Below are positions 1 to 13,194 of a stretch of DNA of 64,000 bases, piece after piece. The DNA comes from Lama guanicoe (taxonomy: Eukaryota). Positions within the stretch are counted from its first letter, which is position 1, and the number at the start of each line of letters is the position of its first letter. The translations under genes and the position numbers were made by a program. The notes beneath the pieces were generated by a model. The model was given only the letters and a program-made list of their open reading frames with translations. It was not told the origin of the DNA and searched no databases. The stretch is taken from contig MU056262.1 of the NCBI GenBank assembly GCA_013239625.1, positions 4,783,369 to 4,847,368 on the forward strand. Direction: 5' to 3'.

Positions 1-1504
1 ATTTATTTTCAAAATATGAAACATTATGTGTATATTTATTTATATGTCATATTATTTATTCATTACTTGTTGCCCTGCTAGAATGCAAATATTCAAACAT
101 GCATGCATACAAACAAATGTTACAAGCAAATAAATATTAGGCATTTTACAGACTTTGCCTTGGGGGTACACAAATGAATACACAGACTATGTCGTGGCCC
201 AAGTGCATTTTAAATATTTCTATGAGTTAAATATGGGCATTTTATAGTTCACAAAATAAAAAATACTGGAACTTGTTTACGTATTAATTTGGACATTACA
301 GAATTTTCAGAGTAATGACAGACATTATTAAGCCAAAACAATTTCATAGGCTATAGGCTTGGTTATGTATTTATGATGAACACATAATAATAAGGGGGAT
401 TTGTTTGCAAATTTCATTTAATCTATCTCATAGTAAATGTTTGCCATTGTTAATTAACTGATCAATCTGACTCAATTATTGGCCAGAGCAATCTAGAAAC
501 CCTTACACTTGAAACAAACGTAGGAAATACAACATATAAATAGATTGGGCTGTGTAATGAGAGTTGTCTGCTAGATTATAAATGCTTAAATGCATTTTTC
601 TTCCCTTCTAAGACTGAAGTTTTAATACAACTTAATACAGGTGTATGAGTTTAAAAAATAATTTCCCTCTCTCTCTACCCGTGATTCCCTGCCAGGCACT
701 TAAGATGGCGGAAGCCTCAGCAGGCATCCAAAGGAAGTGGAGGCAGCTGGGCTGCAGCATTTGGACTACCTGGAGAAGTGACGCTGTGAGGGTAATCAGA
801 TCTGGCCCACGATGCATAAGCACTTCAAACACTGACAGCTAGGGATGTGCAGGGAAAGTGGCAGAATGTGGTTATGGGCCCTGACACATCCCTGGTTGCT
901 GTTAATTAGTGTCATGTTTCTATGAAAAGGGCATTTTCTCAGGTGGAGGAAGAGTATGATGGAGCAACTGGACTGACTCACATTCACTCATCTTCTCCCA
1001 AATTGCCTTGTCTGGCTTGTTCCCTTGACCCTGGACAAGTCATTGAACTTCACAATTACGTAGAATAGCAGATATTAACCCAATTTAGAGGGAGGTACAT
1101 TAGTCTCAGAGGGGCGTGGTGAGGCCTGTTTTAAATATTCTGAAAAGAAGATTAAAGTCTGTGTATATATAAGTGTATTATACTTAATTCATGTGATGTG
1201 TCGTTTCCAGGAAGAGTAGAAGAAAACTGTACAGGCTTTGAATTCACACAGACCCATGTGTGAACACTAGCCTCACCACTTACCTCTGTCATTAGCTCCT
1301 GTTCTTAAAAAAAAACCTCTCTGAAGCTTACTTTATCTTCACAACAACCCCACGGCATTGGTACTGAGGTTATTCCTGCTTTTCAAATGAATAAATTAAG
1401 ATAATTGTGTTTAGAATATTTAGCATGTGGTTAAAAAAAAAAAGAGCCATTGCTCACTGCACACATGCAATGGGATACATATGACGATTAGGTAGAGGGG
1501 TTGC

Positions 1505-1712
1505 AAAGACTAACAAAATACAGTTGCTGTCCCAGAGAAGCTAAAGATCTAGTGAAGAAAACAAGTCTGGGCAGATAATTTGTCAGATGACAACTGTACC
1601 AAGAGCTAAGAACACAGTGTGACATCTAACCAAGCCTGTGACCTCATCAAGGCTCCCTGGTAGAGGTGACATACAAGCTACAGCTTGAAGTAGGATGTGT
1701 AGGATTTGGTCA
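1505..1712 (-). mobile_element. L2 LINE fragment
   Basis: Decayed match to antisense L2 3' region (…gtcccagagaagctaaagatctagtg…; …aggctccctggtagaggtgacatacaagct…). Confidence 0.6.
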
Positions 1713-1905
1713 TAATGGATGCTGTTTGGGGCATTAGTTTATTTCTAGGGGGAAAACAACAACAACAAAAACAACTAACTCTGATGTTCTAAAAAAAAAA
1801 GCAATAGAAGAAAAACAGTCATAAAATAGAACCAAGGGATGGCTTTTTATGCGATTAATACATGGGGTGGTGCAAAACGCCAGAGAGGAGAGCTATCAGG
1901 CACCC

Positions 1906-2047
1906 TGCACCCTTAACAAGAAGCCACAGGCAAGCTTTCTGTGCAAATCTTCTAATCCTATTGATCCTGCCTGGAAAGCAGTGAGGCCAGGCAGCAGCGC
2001 AGAAGGGTGGCGATCGGCAGCAAGTGCACACGGCAGGCACTGCACGC
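1906..2047 (+). promoter_or_regulatory. Candidate enhancer with three MRE cores
   Basis: TGCACCC 1906, TGCACACGGC 2025, TGCACGC 2041 in locally CpG-retaining unique DNA; motif match only. Confidence 0.3.
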
Positions 2048-2454
2048 TTCAGGAAACTTAATCATATAACCTTCTTCATTACTCACGAAATCACTTGCTG
2101 TCAATACTCCAGCCATGGCCTCCCTGACTACTGCTGTTCAAGATCCTGTCAATCTTTCCCTGCGATTTTGCCAACCAAATTCACTCAGAGCTATTTACAG
2201 GCAGTATTATCTCTGTTGATAACATTACACCATTCATGCGGTACAGAAACAGGAAAATAAAATTGATTCCAGCCCTTTCGTTCTGGCATTCCCCTTGCAA
2301 AAAGGCAAAGGGCCTCCCTCTCGATGAATAAGAGCAGGGGTAGAAATGCAGTTCTATACTGTTGTTAAAAGCCAGAAGAAGGGCTGACTATTATTATGCC
2401 AAGGAATATTTTTGCCTGAACCACATAATGACATCATTATGGTCATGAGATTAA

Positions 2455-2682
2455 CTAAGAACCATTATTGACTATCTCACTCTGCATCAGGCCATACATA
2501 TGCTATCAGGATTCCCGTAACAACGCTGTAAATTCATTATTATCCCTCTTATGCTAAGATGAAAAAAATATGCTCGGAGGAGTTTAAAAAATCTTCTGCA
2601 AGAAGATGCATCTAGTGACAGACAGAGAAGCACAATTTAAACCCAAGTTTGCCTGTTGCCATAGCCCTTATAATTTCCACTG
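2455..2682 (-). mobile_element. MIR SINE
   Basis: Antisense MIR core (attattatccc…, atttaaacccaagtttgcctg). Confidence 0.7.
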
Positions 2683-3049
2683 GTAAGTGTATTTCTAGTC
2701 AATTCTCTACATGATGATTGTTGACATGAAGATAAAATTCCTGCTTAGTTACTGACTTTCAGAATTAGAGGTAAATTGATCTAAGCAGTAGTTCTTTTCT
2801 GAAATAGTGATAAATTAACTTCAGAGAATCCTTAGAAAATCAGAATGTTTTGTCACCATACTTAAGGGACGGTTTAAGACAAAGCACCAGCAGAACCTAT
2901 TTTTCTCGTTAATAAGTAAACTGAATTATCACCTTCATGCTAAGTTCTCCAGATTCAGTTCCAAATATTAACTCTATAGAGTGCCTAGTTTGATAGTTGT
3001 ATGCCAGCTTCTTTTTGATATCCTAGGGCCACTGCAAAGACAGCAAGTT

Positions 3050-3795
3050 CCTGCCAAATTATTTCTTCTCCTCAACCCCAACATCCACATTCTTTAATTT
3101 ATTCTAATCCCTTGGTTAATGATCACATACATCCCAGTTAAGTACACCATACTCCAGGCAAAATCCTGGTTGTCATTATTCTCTCTCACTTTTACAATTA
3201 GTTGGTTGCCATTTGATATAATTTCTACATTCTTAATAACTCTCAAATCTACATATTTCTATCTTCACCATTCTAGAGCTCTAATTCATTCCCTCGGCAG
3301 TGGCTGCATGGACAGTCTAAAGAGACTTAAAACCAATGGTCCAGCTTCCATATTTACCCTTTCCCAATCTATCTCCCCTTACTCTCACATCAGTTCTTGT
3401 GAAATGCAAGTCCTGTGTTTGTGCTGCCTTAAATGATTCAGGCTCCCTTCCCTTCTTGGGATAAAGTCCACGCTTCCTAGCAAAGCAGTGTGGTCACTGT
3501 CTTCCCATTCCTTCTTATCCAGCCTACTCCTTTGTCATTTCCAACTATGCACTCACAACTCCAGGGATACCTGACACACTTGGAGTCCCCATAAGGTGTA
3601 ATACTGTCCCTCGTATGTGATGCCATTGAACACCGTGCCTCTTCAGCCTGGAAATACCTCTCCTTTGGCCAATTTCTAGTTGAACATAACTTCTTTTTCA
3701 GAGCAGGTGACTCAGTTTCTTTTGCATGGAGGCCTTCCTTTCTTTCACAGGTAGGATGTGATACTCCTCTCCTATGTCCTCAGAGCACCATTTGT
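3050..3795 (+). mobile_element. L2 LINE fragment
   Basis: Pyrimidine-rich L2 3' region motifs (gggataaagtccacgcttcctag, ctcttcagcctggaaatac). Confidence 0.7.
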
Positions 3796-4175
3796 ATATT
3801 CAGTCATCTACTCAAGCAACAAGTGTTTATAGGGAACACACTGTATGACAGTCATTGTTCTACATATTGTTATTTTAGTGGTCAAGATAAATCCCCTACT
3901 CTCAAACACAAATACATAAACATGATAGTTGTAATATCAAGGACTTTGAAAACAATGAAACAAAGTAAAGGGAGAAATACTGAGGGAAGAGGTGAAGTTT
4001 GCTTTGTACTGAATGGCCAGGAGGTCAGATTCGCATTGAGATCTAAATACAAGGAAAGAGCCAACCATGTTAAAAACTGAGGACCAGCACTGCAGATATA
4101 GGGGCAGCAAGAGCAAAGGCCCTGAGGTGAGAGTCAGTCTGACAAGCTAAAGGAACTGCTGGAAAACCATCGTGG
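3796..4175 (-). mobile_element. L2 LINE 3' end
   Basis: Antisense L2 terminus then cagcaagagcaaaggccctgaggtgagag motif. Confidence 0.75.
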
Positions 4176-4364
4176 ACTCGCACTCACACGCCACAAACTG
4201 TGATAGTTTCACTGGGGAGGAATTCACACTCCCAACTCCATGTGGCTCTGTTTTGTTCAGGCTTTCACATCCTTAGTGGCCTGAACCCTGACTACCTGTG
4301 ATTTATTAGATGCTTAAAAATATTTGTGGAAAAAAATGGAATAAATATTGACTGTTCATAGCCC

Positions 4365-4500
4365 CGTCCATGATATGAGCTGCTTGAGACCAGGAACCAT
4401 ATTTATATATGTGCCCCGTTGTGGCTGTGACCAAATTTGACACAATGAAGGTGCCCAGCAAATATTCTTCAAAATGACTGAATGGATGAACGAATTAATT
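4365..4500 (+). mobile_element. L2 3' terminus
   Basis: gagctgcttgagaccaggaacc…aaatattc…tgactgaatggatgaa tail. Confidence 0.65.
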
Positions 4501-7362
4501 AATTATATGGGCATAATTAATACATTAAATCTTATCAGCTGTTATAATTTTAACTGTAAACTAACCTCTAAAGTATGTCATACGTCCTTAACTTGGCTTC
4601 ACGTTAGAACAGCAGGGAGATAAAATAAGAATGAAACCAGGCGTTCTGCTCGTTACCCTTTGTCCTCTTCTCACCTCACTGACCAAGGACATGGTCTCCT
4701 ACTCTAGGGAGTCTGTGATTATCTGTGCTTCCAGGTGGCACTGCCAAGAGACTTGGGGGCTGCACTATTTAGTGGTTAACAGCTAATCCCAAGCTTCTTT
4801 TGCCGTCATTGAAATAAATGGTACAGGCTGCGGACAAGATCAGGAATGAAGCAAATTTTCAGCAGGGGGGGGCAAGAGAAAACTTTTGTTGTGTGGTCTA
4901 TACTAAATTCCCAGTGTTTGCGTGTGTATTTGCTTGAATAAAAAAAATGGGAACAGGATTTTGGTGTTCATAATTCCAATGATAAAATTGCTATTATACA
5001 GGGAGCTTATTTTTACAAGGGACAAAATTATTAATTTGAATCATCCATTTCTCCCTCTCCCTTTTCTGCATGTGGTCCTAGTGCTAGTCCTGTATTTAGT
5101 GAGAGGCCAGGATGGATACTTTTGAGAGATGTGAATTTTATTTGTCTTCCATTTAGAAATGGGAATAATGAAACCCAGAGAGAGGAAGTGACATAACCAC
5201 AGTTACATAATCACCAGATGGAATGACTTCTTTTGCTACTGTTTTTCCTCTGACGTGTAACTCAGTTTGTGTAGCTACAAAATGCAGATGGCCACAGAAT
5301 AATTGTGAAGACTTAATTAGATATAACATTTACTCTTCTGAACTGGAACACAGAGGAATCAATAGTGTATACCCTGTATGTAAAGACGGGTTAACTGTAT
5401 ATTGCTGAAGGTTTTCCTGTTCAGAAATTCTTCTACTTAGTCCTTACATGGCAACCAGGCTTGCTCCTCATTACTTCTAGGAAACCTAATCACAAGGCCA
5501 CTGTAGTTTGGCAATTTGGTACAAAATGAACACTGCTCTGATCTTGCTCTTCTAACCCAATTCTCCAGTGCCACCAACCATAAAGCTGGGATACACTCAT
5601 ATTATTCCCACTCTCACCCTACAGTCCACAAGAGGCACACTGTCCCCTCAGATACTAATACATCGTACATTCCTTTGTGATCTTCTAGACCATCTTCCTC
5701 AGAGTTGGAGGTCTGCTTTTAAGCTCCAGACCTGATCACTTGCTAACATTAAATGTTCCATTCACTTTCCAGAGCATCTGCTTGTAGCTCTTGGATGTTA
5801 CCCACCTTCTTGAATATCTAAAAAGATAAATAAGGTGGAGAAGATGACCAGGAAAAAGATGTAACTGGGCTTCTATTGTATTCCAGCCACTGGACAAGAC
5901 AATTTATTTGAAGGCTATTATGTGTATTGAAGAAAAATTATACATATCCCCAGTTATAACGGTAAGACCTAGGGCTCAGAAAGGCTATCATGCTCCAGGT
6001 AAGACATCTTTTAAAGTTTCAAAGTCACTGCACCAAGCCACTTTCCTTAATGTACTTCTAAATGTATGTAATGGTTTTTGGAATTTTGAAAATAGCTGAT
6101 AATTTTTTTTAAAAAGTATGTCAAATAAATAAGAACGGTAAGAATGGCCTTTTAATGTGTTATATTTTTTAAATGCTTTGGCATCTTTGCAGTTGACATT
6201 CAGTGTTGGATAATAAGTTACACGCCTGAGACACTTTGATAACATAATACTATTCTTTTTAGTAAATATTTGCCAGCATTCATCTTTCACAATTTCCCCT
6301 TCACTTTGTTGATTTTAATCTTAAAATATTCGTCTGACCATTTGTTAACTTTCTTTTAGGTTGTCCTGATACATAACCTATGTTAATTTTCTTTTATCAT
6401 TCTCTGAATAAAAGTAACCCTTTTTACATAAAATTCCAAGAGTAAAATGATTTTTATGAAAAGGAAATACTGACTGAAACTGTCAAAAAGGTAAAGACTT
6501 GACAGATAGCATAAGGGAGAAAAAATGGGAGTTTGAAGATCGTTTAGTAGTGGAATTGTATCATTTATTTCCTGTGAATTTATCAAGCATGTATGGAACA
6601 TTTACTAAATTCCACATCTTAAGCAATAGAATTTAAAAAGTGGATTAGACATTTCTCTTGCCCTCAAGGAGTTTACCACGCAGTAGGAGAAAAATGAAAG
6701 CAGACAAGCTCACTAAGCATTGTGATTTAACAAAAGTGATTTAACAAAAGCTTTTCTTTTGGCTTACCATGCTGGCTTCTGCTGCTATATTCTCTTTTGC
6801 CATCTACTTAATATTTCATATGTCTGGCTGGATTTCTTCCCATCACCTACTGCTTGAACTACTCTCAAGCATCTGCCCCACTCCAGAGTAGGTTTTTTTG
6901 TCTCTGATCCCTAACTCTTCCAAATGACCTTTGTCTTGACAACTTTTTGTTAAGCCAGAACTAAACTTTGGGAACCTCAGATTTTTGCTAAGAGCTGCCT
7001 TTGGATTGAGTTTCAGTTTCAGGACTTTATTCTTGAGATTCTGGGTACCCAGAAAATGCCTGAGTTTAAGCCAAACAGAGAAACAAGCGATGAACTTCTT
7101 TAGTCTTCCATCACCCAATTGCTATGACTATTTTGAGTTTGGATTCTATGCAATTCTGTTATAAACTGATCAAGGTTGGTAGTAGGATTAAGGGCACAGT
7201 GAAAAGGAAATGCAGCAGAAGGACAGATGGACATTCAGAATCCTTCAGGGGTCTGCTGCATTAGACAAGCCTTAGGGCAGGAATTGGAGACATGCTGTCA
7301 CAGTGACACACGGTTATCAGCAGGCAAAAAGTAGCAGCAAGTATTGGAAGTGCCCACTTCAG

Positions 7363-7386
7363 TGACGGCTGACGTCAGGGGTGACG
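7363..7386. promoter_or_regulatory. Candidate CREB/ATF element cluster
   Basis: TGACGTCA at 7370-7377 with TGACG half-sites at 7363 and 7382; motif match only. Confidence 0.35.
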
Positions 7387-9209
7387 CCAAGAATATCTGC
7401 TGGGGCAGCAGCTCTCTCTGCTATGCCTGTTTTTGTGAAAATCTTTCAGTGAGTAAATGCATGCTTCAAAATTCAGATCATCAATGACTTTTCTCCTCAC
7501 CGAAAGGTAACTAAAGAGGGAATTCAAACATGCATCTATTCTAATGAAAGTAAGTGGCTTAAACCAATGAAAGTCATAACCAGATGTACACTTGAGGCAA
7601 GAGACTATTTTGTTGACTTTTGTACATCAAACACCCATCACAGTGATAGATAGGGGAAAGACATTTGATACAATTAGTTGCATACATAATAACAGATTTC
7701 AAGCAGTAGAAAATCGAAGGAGGCAGACACAGCTTGAAATCTAGAATGTGAGATCTGGAAGAGACGTCAGAGAGAGCCAAGTACTGGGTACGTAAATATA
7801 CTTTATCTAGCATTTCAGGGTCCATAAAGTGAGACTAACTGCCTGGAGAGCTGGTGTCTTTAAGTGCTACCAAGAGAGGAAGAGGGCAGTATCTGTTTTG
7901 GGTGAAAGAGGGAGAAATGGGAGCATTCGTTTGATGTGTTGGCCCTTCCTAATTCTTGCCTCACACCCCCACTGTAAAGATTTTAAAGTAAAATAATCAT
8001 TTGCCTGAGTTCACCCACTCATTAAGAGCATCAATTAGAATCTAGGGCTTTCTTTTTTCTCTTTAAAGTTAAATAATGAGATTGAGAGGGAAATAAAATT
8101 GGAGACAGTAAGAGTGTCTACTTGGCAGATGTGTAGTCGGATCGGACATAACAAATGTAAAAAACCTGGTGTCAAGATAGAACTCAGTGGTCACTATTAT
8201 CAAAAATGAATGAACTGCTGCTCAAGGATCTTCTAAGTCATAGCTGACATCCAATCAAGTGAGATGAACTGTATCAATTTTTTTTCAGGGCAGTTGAACA
8301 AGAATTGCCTGTGTTTCCAGGGTGGAATCTTGGCTAAGACATGCTGGAAAAAGTGCCATCTGCTCTTGCATTGTCTGCATATAGAAAAAGGACTTTAGTT
8401 AAAACTCACTTGAAACAGAACAGCTGAGGAGGCACGCTGCTAGAGCACGGCAAAACTGAGGAGAACAAAAACCACTGTGTCGCTTCTCTGAATTTTGCCT
8501 GAGGGTAGCATCCTAAATCTAAGTGGCCCAGCCTGACTACAAAGAGTGGTCACAGCCAGACTATGTGCACAATTTGGAGAAATCTGTTATCTGCTATGAC
8601 TATTTCTTTTTCTTGTGTTTCACTGAGAAAGTATTCTAAGTATGCTTCTGAGACTTAAAAGCTATAACCAAACCCATCAATGCCTATTGCTGGGGGGCGG
8701 GGGGGAGAACTGAACTAAGAACTAAGAACTAAACTGAGCATAAAGAAAGAAAATAAGTGCTTTGGTGCAGATGAAGCCAAGCCATGCACGGCATCAAATA
8801 CTCTGAAGATACTGATGCCTGCACTGTGTCAGAAAAAGATGACTAATAGACTGTATCCCTCCTCTTTGCAGGCCTCACTCTGATCATCTGGAGGGCTCAT
8901 TTTATGCATGGGATATTACATGTAATATCCTCAATCATTGTGATAAATTGACCATAAGAAATTGGCAAAATCTATTATCAATAGATGTTTTATTTTGGGA
9001 GCTACTAATAGCACAGGGGTAAAGAGTTTGCTTTGTCCAGGAGCTAGATACAAAAGGAAGGTACTAACGGCATTTTGAAGCTCTTCTTAAAATGAATTTC
9101 CCTTTTGGAGCAAGAGAAAATTCATCATGTATATTAAAAATTAGGATGATTTCCTATAATTGAAATATTTAGAATCTAAGTCCACACTCTCTTGATCCCC
9201 AAAGTTATT

Positions 9210-9425
9210 CAGATTTCAGTTTAAATCTAGCTTTATTACACACTGGCCGTAGTAGAATTCAGCAAGACACTTGTAACTTGCAGAGCTTCAGTTTCCTCAT
9301 TTGCAAAATGAGGTTAATGTTATTTATCATGACTTGTTCACAGGACTTTTGCAAGCATTGAGATAATGCATGAAAAAAAAAAAGTGTCGACCGCAAAGCC
9401 CAATATAAATGAAGCCACTAGAATA
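9210..9425 (+). mobile_element. MIR SINE
   Basis: MIR core cttcagtttcctcatttgcaaaatgagg. Confidence 0.8.
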
Positions 9426-10274
9426 ATTCTTTCTAGTTTGAGGCTTATAATGTCAAATTCATGGCTATCTATATCTGTGTCTTTATTCATTTCTATATTT
9501 AATGCCCAACTGTTCCATACTAGGTTCTATAACGTCCACACACAAACCTTTGCTTGGTTCTCTAATGATCATCTGAGGTACAACTTTCACTAAAATCAAG
9601 GTGCTTATTGTCACTTATTTGCCCAAAGTTAATCTGGGATTCAAACTTACATCTTCCAACACAAAGTCAGCCACACTTCCTCCCAGGAATCCAGATTATA
9701 TTTTATTTATTATGGTGGTGACTGATGTCAAAGACTGAGAGTTGCTTTTCCAGTACTATAGGAATTATGCACCTATAACTTTTCAATATAAATTTTCATC
9801 CTGGAAATCTTGTCAAGAAACCTTTGGACACACCCGAGTGATACTTGGGAGCCACGCTCTATTACTAAAACAAAACTTCAAAAAGAGTGTTCACTGAAGA
9901 GTAGAATAGAGGTAAAGATGTTTAGGAATAATTTGCTTAGTTGTTACATAAAATGCAGTGAACCCAACAGTGTTTCAGTGTTTTGTTTAGTTCTTTTTCT
10001 TCTCAGAGCTAGTGTTTACAAACAATAATCTTGGAATATGCTTGTTTTCATTTCATCTGTTGCAGCTTTTCCAGCAGCACCTCTGCCTTCCAAAAATGAG
10101 TAAAAAGCCTAAGACTGTATTAATTTACATTACATGACATAACCTATTGAGAAGACAGATAACTTTTGGTGACTACACAGTTGTTTTCATTCTAACATCA
10201 GGAAGTATGTTTTATCATAAGTACAATGGTCTGTCTACACATAGTATCTGAATGATTTTTCAGGAACTGAATTT

Positions 10275-10935
10275 CAAGCCACCAAAAGCTCCCAGTTTTG
10301 GTAGTTAGGTAGAGTCACACCTCCGCTCCCAATACTCAGTCCTGAATTCTGGAAGGGAATCCATCCTACATGCAGGAGTGGAGCATGTGATTCGGTTCTA
10401 CCACTCACAGCTTTGCAAACTCCAGACCACAGAGATTTGTTCAGATATGGGTATGTGATCCACTGGCAGTCAACCAAATTCACTAAAACTTTTTCCTTGA
10501 ATCTGATTCATACTGCTTCTGCCAAAATTACCTGAGAGCACTTAGGCTAGTGCTTTGTTGACACACTGACATAGTAAGGAGAGCTAAAGGAGACAAACTA
10601 GGCCAATAGTATTTTCCATCACATTTTTGTCATAACATTTTTCTCATATACAGGAAAGATGAAGCTATTTTACAGTAATCACCTGATTGTCCGTCACTGA
10701 GATTCTAAAATGAACATTATCCCATAGTTGTTTTTTCATACATCTAACCGTCTATTTATCCCTCTCTCCAATCAACAATCCATTTAGTTTTTTGATGCCT
10801 ATCAAACTAAGTCACAAACTATTTTGATAAAATTTCCTGAGCCCCTGTATCTATGATAGAAGGCAGACCTTCTGCTGAAATTTCAGTTACATTAACCAGT
10901 AAATCTCTTTTTCCATAAGTCAGTTTGATGCAAAT
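10275..10935 (+). mobile_element. LTR16-like ERVL solo LTR, interrupted at ~10615-10825 by an antisense old L1 (L1MC-like) 3' fragment
   Basis: gatatgggtatgtgatcc and tgagcccctg…tttcagttacattaaccagtaaatctctttt…agtcagtttga resemble LTR16 consensus. Confidence 0.6.
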
Positions 10936-12182
10936 GGCATAAGTTTTAAAATGACATAGTTTTTAAAATGGCATAGGAAGTTTTAAAATTGCTAGTTGTA
11001 CATAAATCTTTATTACTGGATTGTTTTCCTCTGTTTCTCACATGTTCATAGAAAGTGTGAATAATTAAGAACACTGGTCAAAAATAGTCCAGCATTCTAT
11101 TATTGCAGTGACCCTCAGAACCTATTTCCATAAGCCATTCCTGGAATATATATGTATATTTTCAAAAGCCTCTCCCTTTGGCTAAACTTTTTTTAAAAAT
11201 TTTTTTAGGCTGCTGTATAATTTATGGCTCATAAACCAGTAAAAAACACATATTTCTTATAAACACAAAACCTGCAAGAAAAACTTTCCAAGAAAAATCA
11301 GTTAAATTTATTTATATAAGCCAATATTTTATCTTAATGTTATAAGAAATATGTGTTGTAAATGCTTTTAATGAAAGTTACTGAGGTACATTTTCTAAGT
11401 TACTGAAAGCCTTTTGGAATTGCAGCAATTACCAGTGTCTGCTAATGAGGATGGAGTTTACACTAAAATTTTCAAAGCCTATAAATCATAATGGATCATG
11501 AAGAGATTGGAACATATCAAATATTAGTTTAAATGACTTCTAACAATAAAATTACTGCATGGGGATTTTTCCCAGTATGAAACTTCGAAAACTTTTCAAT
11601 AAAATCCTGGCCAAAGAGCTCCTAGAAATATATTTTAATGTTTGGAGCCAATAACTTATTGTTTTAAATATGCCTACGCTTCTTAAATACTGCATGAGCT
11701 TTCAGCATGGATTCTATTTAAGCGTGTGATAAACCTGCACAATAATTAGTACTGCATTCTCAGTGAAAAGACAGAGGGCTATTTTAGAGAACTGCAAATG
11801 TTGCTCAGGCTATCAGGGTACAATTAGCACACATGCATGAGTCTTCAATCAAGCTCATTAGGGTTACTAAATGTAAAAGTGGCTGGAAGTCAGAGGTCAC
11901 TCATGTAATCTTTCCCATCTCTTTCTTTATCTCCAGCTTAATTTTCACAAATGAAAATTCAATGGGCCTTTTGCACAAGTTAATAATTTCATACATGAAG
12001 GCAGTTGTCAGTATCACTTGGAATTGTCTATCTATAAGCGGGTTCTCTCCATGGAGCATAAAGGATGCATTCTACTGCATTGATAGACACAATGCATTTT
12101 GATATAGTTATTATTTAATGTCTGCTAACTCTGTATCAGGCAGCATTCTAAGTATATGCTATGTCTTTATATATATATATAT

Positions 12183-12774
12183 GTTTAAATTTTATTGTAT
12201 TGTGATAAGAATAGGAACATGAGCTCTACCCTCTTAAAATTTTAAGTGTACAATAATTATTTACCATAGCCACAATGCTGTGCAGGAGATCTCTAGAGCT
12301 TCTTTATCTCCCTTAATTGAAACTATATGCTCGTTGACTAGTAATTCCCCATTTACTCCTCTCTCTGGCCCTGAGCAACTGCTATTCCACTCTTTGATTC
12401 TATGAGTTTGACTATTTTAGGTACCTTATATTAAATGGACTCATGCAATATTGGTCTTTCTGTGACTGGCTTATTTACTTAGCATAGTGTCTTCAAGGTT
12501 GATCCATGTTGTTGCATATTGCAGGTCTTCTTTTTTAAGTCTGTATAGTATTCCATTCTATGTTTATATCATATATTCTTTATCCATCCATCTGTCAATG
12601 GATATTTCAGTTGTTTCCACAGTTTGGCTACTGCAAATAGTGCTGCAGTGAACACGGAAGTGCTAACATCTCTCTGAGAATCTGATTTCAAATCATTTGC
12701 ATAAATACTGCTTGATCAAATAATAGTTCTATTTTCAATTTTTGAGTTATCTCCAAAATAGAGGCTCCACCATT
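12183..12774 (-). mobile_element. L1MA/L1MB-type LINE 3' end (non-inverted part of a twin-primed insertion)
   Basis: Antisense L1 3'UTR: tctgtgactggcttatttacttagcatagtgtcttcaaggttgatccatgttgttgca…tagtattccatt. Confidence 0.9.
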
Positions 12775-13194
12775 GCTTCTGCAAAGGAAATAATCAACAG
12801 GGGCGAAAAGGCAACCTATGGAATAGGAGAAAATATTGTAAACCATATAATCAGGTAATATCCAAATAATTAATAATATCCAAAATATGTAAGGAACGCC
12901 TACAATTCAGTAGTGAAAAACACCCTAATAACACAATTCAAAAATGAGCTAAGGTCTTCAACAGGTTATTTCTCCAAAGAAGATATACAATGGTCAACAG
13001 GTATCTGAAAAAATTCTCAATATCACTAAATCACCAGGGAAATGCAAATCAAAACCACAATGAGAAATAACCTTACCCTTGGCTGTTATCAAAAAATAGA
13101 AGCCAAGGATGGATATCATCAAAAAATCAAAATACAGAAAGTATTGGTAAGAATGTGGAGAAAATCGTACTTTTGCACACTGTTGGTGAAAATG
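12775..13194 (+). mobile_element. L1 ORF2 3' segment, inverted relative to the adjacent 3' end
   Basis: tctccaaagaagatatacaatgg…cagggaaatgcaaatcaaaaccacaatgaga; ORF 13042 begins MQIKTTMR, the L1 ORF2 C-terminal motif. Confidence 0.9.
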
